Shown piece by piece: positions 25,869 to 37,559 of a stretch of 64,000 nucleotides of DNA. The stretch comes from Octopus vulgaris (taxonomy: Eukaryota). The notes under the pieces were generated by a model. The model saw only the letters and a program-made list of their open reading frames with translations. It was not told the origin of the DNA and did not search any database. The stretch spans positions 65,410,001 through 65,474,000 of the forward strand of contig OX597814.1 of assembly GCA_951406725.2 (NCBI GenBank). Direction: 5' to 3'. Numbering within the stretch: the first letter of the stretch is position 1; each line of letters begins with the position of its first letter. The position numbers and the translations under genes are program-made.

Positions 25869-26653
25869 CGAGGTGGTCTCAAACGGTTTCTGGACTAGTT
25901 ATATTTTTTTTAAATAACTAAGTTTTAACATCATCTTCTTCAAAATAGTCACCTAGTACAGCAATACACCAGCCCCAGTATTCATGCCACTTTGGGAATC
26001 CGGCCTGGAAGTTGCTTTCTGTAAGCGAGTCGAGGACCTTCTGCGATTCGCTCTGGATTTCGATAACGGTCTTAAAACGGTGACTTTTGAGCTGCAATTT
26101 TAATCTCGGGGAAGAGGAGAAAGTCCGCAGGTGCTAAATTCAGTGCATATGGCGCGAGTGGTAGTAATAAATGTTTTTCGCAAGATACTCACGAATATAG
26201 AGAGCTCGATGATGAATCCATTTCTTCACACTCCACAGATCCAGTCACCTTCGTCGAATGTCCTCCGTCAAAAGCTTCAAAACTTCGCAATAGAACTCTC
26301 CATTGGTGGTCTGGCTTTGGGGGTCGAATTCTCGATGCGCTATACTACATCTCCGGGAGTAACGCACGTGGCATATCTTCTAGATCGCTTATCCTCTCCA
26401 CTTTTGATGCACCCGTGACGCTTGAAACCTTACGTACCACCCTTTGCCTCGTTGCCGTAAGCTTGCCGAAGAAGGCTCAATGTCTCTTTAGCAGACTTCC
26501 AAAATTGAATGCAAAATTTCAGGTTTGCTTTTTGTTCCTGTCCGTAACAAAATCGCAGACTACAGCATACACGTGATCACAAAATGCCACTCGTGTACTG
26601 CCACCTATTGGCGTGCTACTGAACAAGTTCCGGAACATTTTGATACCACCTCG
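25869..26653 (-). mobile_element. Non-autonomous mariner element with both TIRs
   Basis: TIRs CGAGGTGGTCTCAAACGGTTTCTGGA and TCCGGAACATTTTGATACCACCTCG, flanked by TA and TG. The minus strand encodes a mariner C-terminus, LKSHRFKTVIEIQ..WCIAVLGDYFEEDD. Confidence 0.82.
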
Positions 26654-26681
26654 TGCATATAACATAACTGTGTGTATATTT

Positions 26682-26730
<49 letters not shown>

Positions 26731-26741
26731 TGCATATATAA

Positions 26742-26780
<39 letters not shown>

Positions 26781-26932
26781 TATAGATATAGATTATGGTG
26801 ACATAACACTCCAACACTGGCTGTCAAACAGTGATGAGATTCGCTCGCGCAGCACACACGCATGGACACTCATAGACACACACGCACACATACACACATT
26901 TCAAACACACACACACATATGTATATATGTAC

Positions 26933-27081
26933 AACGGGCTCCTTTTAGTTTCCGTCTACCAAATCCAGTCGCAAGCCTTTGGTCTGCCCGGGGCTGTAAG
27001 TAGAAGACACTCGTCACATAATGAAACTCAACTCACAGTCATGCAATTGGGGAGCAAACTTCTCACCACACGGTCACGCCT
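26933..27081 (-). mobile_element. SINE family A head, degenerate
   Basis: AGTTTCCGTCTACCAAATCCA..CCCGGGGCTGT..AGAAGACAC..ACCACACGGTCACGCCTG. Confidence 0.65.
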
Positions 27082-27087
27082 GATCCT

Positions 27088-27163
<76 letters not shown>

Positions 27164-27789
27164 GAGAGAGAGAGAGAAAGAGCGAGAGAGAGAGAGAGAG
27201 ATACATAAAATACGTACCCACATGTATCGGTAATTAGAAATTGATGCTTTATTCTGTCTCTGTTCAGACTATTTCGGTACGCATGATGATTCAGGCTGGT
27301 ATCTCATCAAATTAAGATGACCATGTCTTAAACAATAACAGCCCGCTCACCATTCATTACTCTATGCCACCACCATTACCAGTAGACCTGCTACTCAATA
27401 TAAAAATAGAATAATTGGAATATTCAAATGTAGCGCTTCTTTATTACTTTTTCCCCCCAAGTATGCACTTTCATTTATCATTTTATCGCCTAAAAAATGG
27501 TACATATCCGGAAAATTGGTGAGATAGTGAATCGTACCACATATATCTGGTACAATTCTCAACATTTTTCCACACTCTTATGATGTGTGTGTGTGTGTGT
27601 GCGTGTGTGTCTGTGTGTGTGTGTGTGTGTGTGTGCGTGCCTGCGTGTGTGAGTGTGTATATGCATGTGTATGTATGTTTGTCTGTATCTATCATCAAAA
27701 CATAGACGTTATTACCTGTAGTCCTAGGGCTCATAGAGTCGTTCCCATGGCGAATAAGTGACCCCAGAACAGGACGCCTGTCAGTTGTT

Positions 27790-28812
27790 GGGTTACTCAT
27801 TTTCAATGGATTGGAACAACGTTAGGTGACGTCGCGATTTCGGTTCTCGGACGGTACGCATTGTTCTTGACTGCCTCCACACGCCGGAATTCATCCAACA
27901 ACTTCAGGGCAAAGTGAATTCCCACAAGGGAATTCAGGCTTTTGTGAGAGAGATAAGTGCTGAAGTCGCCACTATGAAGCTGGCTCTGAATGAGGACCTT
28001 CGCTACCATTGGTACAAGTGATGCACGGGACGAATTCTGACAGCCAAATCCAAAGAGCACAGCTTGACGATGATAAAGGAACTCCTGAATAGGCTGTGGC
28101 ATCCTGTTGAGCCGAAAATGTTATGATTCTTAGATGAATAGAATTCCTGCTAGGACCAGTTGCTCAACGTCCACAGGACAAATAGCTTGCCTAAAATCCA
28201 TGTGATGCCCGACATATCATGAAAACAAAGTTCCCGCAAACTGTAATAGTTTCTGTGTTCGTCTTCAGTGAAAGTGACGTCTCGTTGCCCAACAATTTTG
28301 AAAAAGGTCTTAGACTCTACTGAATCGGCTCTGTGGAGCTATCGGAGACTGTGGTTAATCCCTAGTTAGGGGGTTGTTGTTGGAAGGCTATATCTGTGGC
28401 AGCAGTTTTAAGCTCCTTGCCATTCCTTCGGAAAGTGTCAGAAGTGCTTGCAGGAGAATTTCTACCACGTCGACAACCCCAGTTTCTGACCTCCTAATTG
28501 CCCCTAGTGGAATCTCATGGATTATTATGTATCAGGGGCATTTCAGAAAGGCATAACTGTTCCGCTTCCCACACCAAAGCAGAACTGGTGGTTAAGTTGA
28601 AGGAGGTTTTCAAAGATCTTCCCCGAGGCACAGTGAGCAACGCATGCGCAAGGTTCTTGTGCAATCTTGAGCAATAGTGGAAGCACAATTATTTTGAGTA
28701 AATTATAATCGCATAATTTAGTTGATGTTTGCAAATTTTTTTAAGTACTTTTATTTTTCGATAGAATAATGTTTCCCTTTCCTTTTATGCAAACTGAAAT
28801 TTAGCGTTACCC
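27790..28812 (+). mobile_element. maT/DD37D-type Tc1-mariner transposase pseudogene
   Basis: EDLRY..LLNRLWHPVEP, TKFPQTV, PPN.P..N.MDYYV, TVSNACARF..LE resemble DD37D/maT transposase motifs. There are multiple stops. Confidence 0.7.
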
Positions 28813-29306
28813 ATTTCTTCAGTGGGGGAGATCGACATTCACTCAGAGTCACTTTCAGTGATGACTACAGGGACCAAGACCTAAAAAATTGCATTATCAT
28901 TGATTAATCCACCTGCATAACGCTTTAGATCTCTTTCCAACTAAGTTCCCTTCTTTTTTTCTTTCTTTTTGTCTCCATACATGTCAGTGGCTATTATTTG
29001 CCTCAACAATACAAAGACAAAATAGCCAAAAGGGTCGTCTCGATATTTACGAAATGCATGCCAAACAGAAGTCATGTAATGCGCATATCATGGGTGGGGT
29101 ATTTCAATTTACTTGGTGTTAATTTTATCGAAGATGATGTGCTATTGCTTACCGGCCAAAAGATATGTATACACATTATGGTTTGAAATACGTTCAAAGT
29201 TTAATCCTTTTCTACAGGCAATGTCGAGCCTCCATTCTTGCTAAATTATTTCTAACTGTTTGTGCGTACATACTTACGTATGCATGTACGTATATATGTA
29301 TGTATG

Positions 29307-29614
29307 TAAACCTGAACTTGTAATCTGGATAGTGAAATTGCAGGTTTCTCAATAGTTCGCTGATCTTCAGCTTCATACTAACATCCGTTGGGCAACTGAT
29401 TTCCACAACTGTACACAATTTCTCTTCATCCCAATCCATCATACCAGGTCTATTGTGCTTACATTGTATTGGGGTTTTCACTGAGACATTCTACCAGTAT
29501 TCCTTTTTATTATGAGTAGCTATGGTTTCTTATGATGTGAGTGATATCTTCGGTGTTAACTCCACAAAGTCTGCATCGGTTGTTACATTTTGCTGCTTTT
29601 GCTGCATCCCAATA
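29307..29614 (-). mobile_element. R4/Dong-like LINE fragment (zinc knuckle plus REL endonuclease)
   Basis: KCNNRCRLCGVNTEDITHII, KHNRPG, VVEISCP, LRNLQ..YPDYKFRF. It is homologous to 53310-53760. Confidence 0.82.
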
Positions 29615-29615
29615 C

Positions 29616-29935
29616 GTATGTATGTATGTATGTATGTATGTATGTATGTATGTATGTATGTATGTATGTATGTATGTATGTATGTATGTATGTATGTATG
29701 TATGCATGCATGCATGCATGTATGTATGTATGTATGTATGTATGTATGTATGCATGTATGCATGTATGCATGCATGCATGCATGCATGTATGCATGTATG
29801 CATGTATGCATGTATGCATGTATGCATGTATGCATGTATGCATGTATGCATGTATGCATGTATGCATGTATGTATGTATGTATGTATGTATGTATGTATG
29901 TATGTATGTATGTATGTATGTATGTATGTATGTAT
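29616..29935. repeat. (TATG)n/(TGCA)n compound microsatellite
   Basis: Visible directly. Confidence 0.96.
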
Positions 29936-29980
29936 TTATTTATGTATGTATGTGTAAGTGTATATACAGGAATATGTATA

Positions 29981-30037
29981 TACTCCTCAAATAAAGCATA
30001 TAACCATATGTGTGTTATATGCTTTATTTGAGGAGTA
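29981..30037. repeat. Perfect 24-bp inverted repeat (57-nt hairpin)
   Basis: TACTCCTCAAATAAAGCATATAAC and GTTATATGCTTTATTTGAGGAGTA with a 9-nt loop. Confidence 0.95.
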
Positions 30038-31145
30038 ACAGTGCTGCCTATGGTTTCTTGTGGAATAAATCCACAATTACTGAAGCGGTCCTCTTTGGGA
30101 CGTTTGTTGGTAATCACCACCATTTTGGATGGATGTGATTGCACACAGACACACACGCACACACACACACTTTCATATATATATATACATATATACACTC
30201 ACGTGCAGGTATTTGTGCATGGGTGTACGTGTCTGTATCTCCCTGTCTGTGTTTATATTAGCCAGTGTGAAAACCAGCGTGTTAAAAAAAAAATCTTAGG
30301 CATTCGCTGAATACAGGTCAAAAAGTACACCCTTGTGAAATAATTTACTATTTTCCATATCATCTAATAAAATCCCTGTACTTAGATCATCTAAGTGTAT
30401 GTTTTCGTTTGTGTGTGTACATGTATCCGATTGTGGGTGTATATGTATTCGTTTGTGCTGATTTATATATTCCTTGAATGCTCATACAAAGTTTCTGTTT
30501 TGTTACAGTGGTCTTTCAGTAACCGACATACTGCTTAACGAACAATAATTTCTTTCTTTTTTGTTTACTTAATTTCGTAAACGGCATAGTTACTCTTGTT
30601 GTTTTGCTTTAGCTTCTCCCGAATATATTTTATTTGTCATTCAAGAAATCTTGTCTACCACTGTATCGTATAGCATATATAACTATATATCTATCAATAT
30701 GAACATTTGTCTTACTATCCAACTACATTGCCTAAGATAAGATCCCTTGTTTTTACTGCTTTCTTTCTGTTTCAGTTTATTTCTCACACTCCCTCTTCAT
30801 CTCCTTCTTTATATTCACATACGCACGTGCTCACATACGGATACATATATGTATGTATATTAGTGGGGATTTTGTTTGTTTTCTCTTTCAGTTTATTTTT
30901 GTTGGAAAAGAAATGGTTAAAGAGCTTGCTATAAAACTTGATGGAATAAGAGAGAAGGACAGAGATAGGGAGGGTGAAGGATAGAGAACTTGTATACAAG
31001 TATGTCTTTAATTGTGTGTATGTGTGCGAGTACAGCGTGCGTATCTGCGTGTGTGTGTGGAATATATTGAAAGCTGTTGAAAGAAATAGAACCAGTAAGT
31101 GTTTAACGGAATATGCTCTATTTGATATGTTTGCCCCTACAAATG

Positions 31146-31181
<36 letters not shown>

Positions 31182-31184
<3 letters not shown>

Positions 31185-31350
31185 TTTTACTTTTTTCTGT
31201 CATTTGACCGCGGCCAAGCTGGAGCACCGGCTTTAGTCGAACAAATCAACCCTATAACATCTTATCGGTCACTATTATCTAACCGCCAGGTTACGGGAAC
31301 GTAAACACACGAACATCGGTTGTCATGCGATGGTAGTGGGACAAACACGT
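31182..31350 (-). mobile_element. SINE family A, 3' half
   Basis: CATTTGACCGCGGCCA..GCTGGAGCACCG..GTTACGGGAACGTAAACAC, followed by a long (CA)n. Confidence 0.75.
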
Positions 31351-31408
31351 CTGTGTTTGTCCCAAAAATACACACACACACAGACACAGACACACACACA
31401 CACACACA

Positions 31409-31493
<85 letters not shown>

Positions 31494-31616
31494 GAGAAAT
31501 GGTTGATATCTGTATCATTCTTTACTTTAGGGGGTTCCAAAGGTCGATTTCTAGTAAAGATTCTTCATATTACTTTGGTAGCTTACTATTGCAAGTATTT
31601 TTCGAATATGTTACAA

Positions 31617-31749
31617 GTATAAAGTGCGTTATGAGCATTTATAGAACACGTATCCTATAGACACTCAACAAAATTTTTTTTAAAAACTTATAACACCTCT
31701 TCTCCATCTTAGGATACGTGTTTTATAAATGCTCATAACATACTTTATA

Positions 31750-31750
<1 letters not shown>
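31617..31750. repeat. Inverted repeat, 41-bp arms
   Basis: 31617-31657 versus 31710-31750, with 3 mismatches. Confidence 0.9.
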
Positions 31751-31822
<72 letters not shown>

Positions 31823-31859
31823 GATAGATCGGTAGCCACTACATGATAGATCGCCATAA

Positions 31860-32055
31860 TAGATCGGGAGCCACTACACAAATTTTTCTCTCTCCTTTTT
31901 TTATCTCCTTGATTCTTTCTGTGTTCATTTCTGCGGAAGAGCGTGGGCTCGAAACGTTAAAGACTTTTCAAATTCCCGAGCGTTATACTAATAGATCTGT
32001 TTGTTTTCTACACCACATGTCTTCGTCATTTGCTTTTATGTGAATTCTCCCTATT
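31860..32055 (+). mobile_element. Penelope-like terminal fragment with minimal hammerhead-like motif
   Basis: CTGCGGAAGAGCGTGGGCTCGAAACGTTAAAGA. It is clearly homologous to 11740-11905 and ends at (TA)n. Confidence 0.55.
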
Positions 32056-32129
32056 TATATATATATATATATAGTTCCGGACAAAAGACCCCTAGGACAA
32101 GAGCCCCTTGTCGAAAAAGTCTCCGGAAG

Positions 32130-33030
32130 AAAACCGAAACATTCATATAAGGACTCTTACGCGAATTGTTAAAAAGGATCACAAAAGTACAGCCCCCAAA
32201 TTTACTGCAGAGCTTAATGACCACCTCGAGAAACCAGTTTCTACAAAAACTGTTCGCCAGGAGCTGCACAAAGCCGGATTTCACGGGAGGGTTGCAATCA
32301 GAAAACCACTACATTCAAAAACAAACCTTGCAAAGAGTTTAGAGTGGAGTAAAAACCTACAGAATTGGTCCCTAGAGCAGGGGAAAATGGTATTTTCCCG
32401 GACGAGTCATCCTTTACCTTAATTCCGACCACAGGCCAAGTGTACGTGTGGAGACAGACAAAAGAAGCATTTGAGCCAGACTGCATTTTTTCCAACTGTT
32501 AAACATGGAGAAGGATCAGTGATGATTGGGGGGAGGGGCTATATCATGGAAACCCGCCGGCCCCTTCATGGCAGAATTAATATTCAAGACTATTTAAGCA
32601 TTTTATCTGATCAAATTCATCCTATGGTTGCGAAGTTGTTTCTTGAAGGAAACGCAATCTTTCAAGGTTATAATGCACCAATTCACACAGCTAAAATTGT
32701 TACTAAATGGCACAAGAAACATTCTTGTGAGATTGACCATCTTATCTGGCCACCAGAGTCCCCAGATCTCAATATTTTCGAACATTTATGGTGCATTCTA
32801 GAAAAAACAAGTAAGGAGTCGATATCCACCACATATATCATCACTACAAGAACTGCAGACTGTTGTAACTGAAGAATGGACAAAACTTCCTTTGGAAACA
32901 ATTAAAACTTTGTACGAGTCCATACCTCGTAGAATTGAAGCTGTAATTACTGCCAAAGGCGGTCCTACCCCATATTAAAATAAATTTGTTTGAAATTTTA
33001 AGGCGTTTCCCTTATTTTGTCCAGCCCCTG
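32130..33030 (+). mobile_element. Tc1-like transposon, 5'-truncated, frameshifted transposase
   Basis: RTLTRIVKKD..VSTKTVRQELHKAGFHGRVAIRKPL, DES, PTVKHGEGSVMI, FQGYNAPIHTAK, WPPESPDLNIFEHLW, KGGPTPY*. The 3' TIR-like end is TTTTGTCCAGCCCCTG. Confidence 0.92.
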
Positions 33031-33555
33031 TTTGTATGTATATGTGTGTGCGTGAGTAAGTGTGTGCGTACGCGAGTATGTGTGTATTTATGTATGTTTG
33101 TATGTATGAAGGCATGTATGTATAAATATGAATGCATGCTTATTTATCGATGTGAGCATTTCATGTGGAGTATATAAACCATCAAAAAGTCAGGAGATAT
33201 GAGAGGAGATTATATTTATTTGTCAATTTTAGGGTAACTTGTGTTTCGCAGCGTTCATAGCGTGATCATAATTTCAATGTATAATGAATTATGTTGACGT
33301 GTCTGTATTAATATGCATGTTGAGCATTAAGCAGTACAATCATAAATCTACAAATCAGTGGAGATAAAGAGAACTGGGTCATCAGATCACCAGAGCAACA
33401 TGATTACACCAATGTGTCAATTCTGTCGTCTGCAAGCCAAGTCCGCAAGAGGACCTTTCTCTGATAGTCACATGATCCAGTGAAACCATATATTACAGTA
33501 CAAATTTATATACGCACATATATATGTGCATATATACGTACAGATTTATATAAAG

Positions 33556-34300
<745 letters not shown>

Positions 34301-34654
34301 ACAAATGAATATTATACTCTATATGAGATGTAAGCATGCATTATATGCCAATGTATAATCGTAGTGTAGCAGAAATAGACCATGCAAATAGATTTAACTA
34401 CGTATGTCTGTCTATATAATGTCAGGAAAGTGTGACTAAAATCATTGTAACGTGAGGATAAATTCAGAAAAACTTTCTGGCAATAAAAATGTAAACAACT
34501 ACAACCAGAAGAAGTACACTAACAACAGCAATAACAGCAGCTGCAACCAACCGCAGCGCCAACCACCTCAACAACCACAACAGCGTTTTAAACGAAATGA
34601 AAGAAACATCACTTGAAGTTGTTGTTGGAAGAAATGAGTAAAACCTCGGAAAAT

Positions 34655-34697
<43 letters not shown>

Positions 34698-35429
34698 AAC
34701 TTAATTACATACATATACACATAGGCACTGCTACGAAATTACGTATGTGCACAGATCCAAATACACATCACACGAAATGAATTATTGGTGATGAAATTAG
34801 ACAGCAAAAGAGGATGAGAAGAAACAGGCAAATAAAATATCGAGTTAAAACAAAACATCAAATAAAGAGAGAAACGAAGAGAGAGTGAGAAAAGTGTGAG
34901 AAATAAAAGACAAAGAGATAAAGGAAGACTGCGTAAGTCAAGTGAAAGAAAAGCAAAAGCAAAAGAAACGGATTATATGGATATATGTGGAATGACGCAT
35001 TTGGACATGGGAGGTGCTGAACGAGGTTAAATCTTAAGAGATTAGCGGTTTGTTAGTTGTCGGAAATAATTGGGATAAGGAACTTATTAGATTTTACCAC
35101 CGGTAAGGCTTTCGGTTGAGCACAAATTATGAGCACATCAAAGCCGAATGTAAAAACTGTTGTTTTGTTGATCAGGCAAGAACGTTGAAGGAGATGGTGT
35201 CAATTAACGAATGACAAATGATGCTAAAAACTGGAATGCGAAAGTTAAGTCCAACCCTTTTATGACAAGTGTTAAGGTCTCGACGGTGATTTGTTTGCAA
35301 ACTACCGACAAAATCAAAAATCACTATTAATTTAGCAGTAGTAAAATATAGCCAATCTAACTAACACCAGCTCTTGCCTGACATTGCTGCATGCTGTGCA
35401 ACCACGATGATATTTTACTCTGTGTGTGT

Positions 35430-35487
<58 letters not shown>

Positions 35488-35762
35488 AAGAAACTGTAAG
35501 GGAGAAAGTGTTGAAAGAAAGGAGAGGAGAGAAAGCAGGATATTATTGAGAGAAGAAAGAAATAGAGTAGGGAGAGTAAGGAGAATAAAGAGGGAAATAG
35601 ACATGGAAAGTATACACACGCAAACACACACACACACATATATATAATTCTGGATACATACACACGCAAATGAAAAAGATAAAGGCATTAAGAGGTTAAC
35701 AGAAGAGACGGAGAAGAGAGACGGAGTGGGAGTGGGTTAAAGAGGGTAAGAAGAGGGAAATA

Positions 35763-35838
<76 letters not shown>

Positions 35839-35938
35839 ACACTCCCTCTCCCTCCCTCTCACATTATATATGTGCGTGTGTGCATGCGTGCATATATGTG
35901 TGTATATATATATGTGTGTGTGTGTATGTATGTATACG

Positions 35939-35971
<33 letters not shown>

Positions 35972-36661
35972 CGCTATATATATATATACATGTGTGTGTG
36001 TGTGTACTTATTCATGTGTGTGTGTGTATGAGAGAGAGAGAGAGGTGAGAGAGAATGAGAGTGAGTGAGTGTGGGTGATAGCAAGCGGAATATCCCCAGA
36101 GGAAGGGGTGAAGCAAATTTCATGAAGCAAATTTGTTCGAGCAATGTAACAGCAAATTAAGAAAGAAAGGAAAGAAAAAAAGAATGGGAAGGCGATTGTT
36201 TGGTGTCGGTGAACTGAGCGATCAGTAAATGATTGGGAAATCGAAGCTTTATATTATAGACGAAACGTTGACAACTGTAAGAGGAGAAGATAAATGGGTT
36301 ACGGAAAAGCATGGGTAGGAAATAGGAGGAAGTCTCAGAAATAAATAAATGAAACTGTTATAAACTTCTTGTTCTCGGTATAATGCCTATGATTTTCCTT
36401 TCATTTCGATGATATATGTGTGAGATTCTGCTTCGTATATAGCGTTACAGTGTGCACATCCAAGCTTAAATTTTGCAAGCGTTAGCAGCCAGTTTGCGTT
36501 CCTCAAAGCTAACAAAGTTGAAGTTATTTCGCTTTGTCAGGCTGCATGAGAAAATAATTTACTCAAAGAGTTCCAAACATGACCATTCCGATATTTTTAT
36601 AAATCGCAGGCGTGTGTATATATATAAATAAATATATATATATATATATAGATATATATAC

Positions 36662-36708
<47 letters not shown>

Positions 36709-36727
36709 CATATATATATATATACAT

Positions 36728-36773
<46 letters not shown>

Positions 36774-36798
36774 TTACATAGGTATACATATATATCTC

Positions 36799-37180
36799 TC
36801 TATATATAAACGGCAGTTTGTCTGTGTGTGTTTCTGTGTGTCTGTTTGGTTGTACCCTCACCCTGACCACTGCTTTCGACCGATTCTGATGAAACTTGAC
36901 ACACACATAGCCCAATGTCATAATTCAAAACTAACGCAGCGAAAATTTTGAAAAGTTCCCCCAGTTCTGAAAAAAATCGATAAATTCGACATGGGGTCGA
37001 GAATCAGAAACACAAACCACAGACTGTCTAGGGGACGCAACTCGACCTTTTTTAACTCTCAAAAAATAATTTACCATTATTTTTTTTCCATTTTTTTGCT
37101 ATTTTTTGGCTATAACTCTCTAAAAATGCTTTATAGTTATTTCCCTTACAAACCTGAGCAACGCCGGGCGATACTGCTAG
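36799..37180 (+). mobile_element. Non-autonomous Helitron
   Basis: 5' TCTATATATAAA..GTCTGTGTG, an internal CCGATTCTGATGAAACTTG, a subterminal CCTG..CGGG hairpin and a CTAG end at 37177-37180. Confidence 0.75.
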
Positions 37181-37546
37181 TATATATATAAACGGCAAAA
37201 TGTCTGTGTGTGTGTGCGTGTCCTTTATACAAATCCACAATTTTTCAGTTAGGGGGCTCGCACTTTCTATGGTCATTCAAAATCGTCCAAGGGTGGTCGT
37301 GCACATCTTTACATTTCCCCAGTCCCCCCGCAAAGCCATTAAAAAATCAATAGAAATGACGTTTTTGTAAATTTTCTATCCAAAACCCAATCAAAATGCC
37401 CGAAACTTGATACGCCAAATGAATGCCAGCTAGCTGTTTTTGATTAGTCGGAGATTTGGACAGTACTCACGTGTATGTGCGCACGCATGCAGCTGTATAT
37501 GCATGCACTAGCACTATGACCCTGCATCACCGGGTCATAGTGCTAG
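37181..37546 (+). mobile_element. Second non-autonomous Helitron in tandem
   Basis: Starts TATATATATAAACGGCA like the first copy. It ends in a GACCC..GGGTC hairpin and CTAG (37543-37546). Confidence 0.7.
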
Positions 37547-37559
37547 TATATATATATAT

